Program-made: the position numbers and the translations under genes | Origin: Candidatus Hydrogenedentota bacterium | GTDB taxonomy: Bacteria > Hydrogenedentota > Hydrogenedentia > Hydrogenedentales > GCA-2746185 | Assembly (NCBI GenBank): GCA_046583315.1 | Contig: JAYGCN010000157.1 | Span: 1-27,887 of the forward strand | Reading direction: 5' to 3' | Length of the DNA: 27,887 bases | The notes under the pieces: generated by a model | Seen by the model: only the letters and a program-made list of their open reading frames with translations | The model's database searches: none | What the model was told of the DNA's origin: nothing | Part shown: in pieces, positions 27,708 through 27,887 of the stretch | Position numbering within the stretch: position 1 is the first letter of the stretch | How the letters are laid out: every line of letters begins with the position of its first letter

Positions 27708-27887
<180 letters not shown>

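Overview
Bacterial chromosomal segment of moderately high GC with about 26 CDSs (two cut by the window edges) and one tRNA-Leu(CAG). I see no integrase, transposase, phage genes or CRISPR array. The window holds a Gfo/Idh/MocA oxidoreductase, a GT-C-type membrane glycosyltransferase, an MsbA-like ABC exporter, a glycerophosphodiester phosphodiesterase, two acyl-CoA dehydrogenases plus a thiolase end, and a MauE/DoxX-thioredoxin gene coupled to moeA and mog/moaB. It also holds an exported alpha/beta hydrolase, a translationally coupled CPBP protease / hypothetical / kinase-like / SAM-methyltransferase cluster, and a stand-alone rplJ-rplL operon with an L10-leader-like attenuator. The rest is an SRPBCC protein, a Tat-signal aldo/keto reductase, an SDR, a planctomycete-type cytochrome c (DUF1549/DUF1553) plus DUF1501 pair, and SnoaL-like and DUF2911-like genes. 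The best candidates for something new are the four-gene protease/kinase/methyltransferase module (12592-15332), the rplJL operon detached from rplKA and rpoBC, and the redox membrane protein coupled to Moco genes. All family calls come from motif recognition by eye, not database searches. A Ca. Hydrogenedentota-like or PVC-like origin is only a guess.
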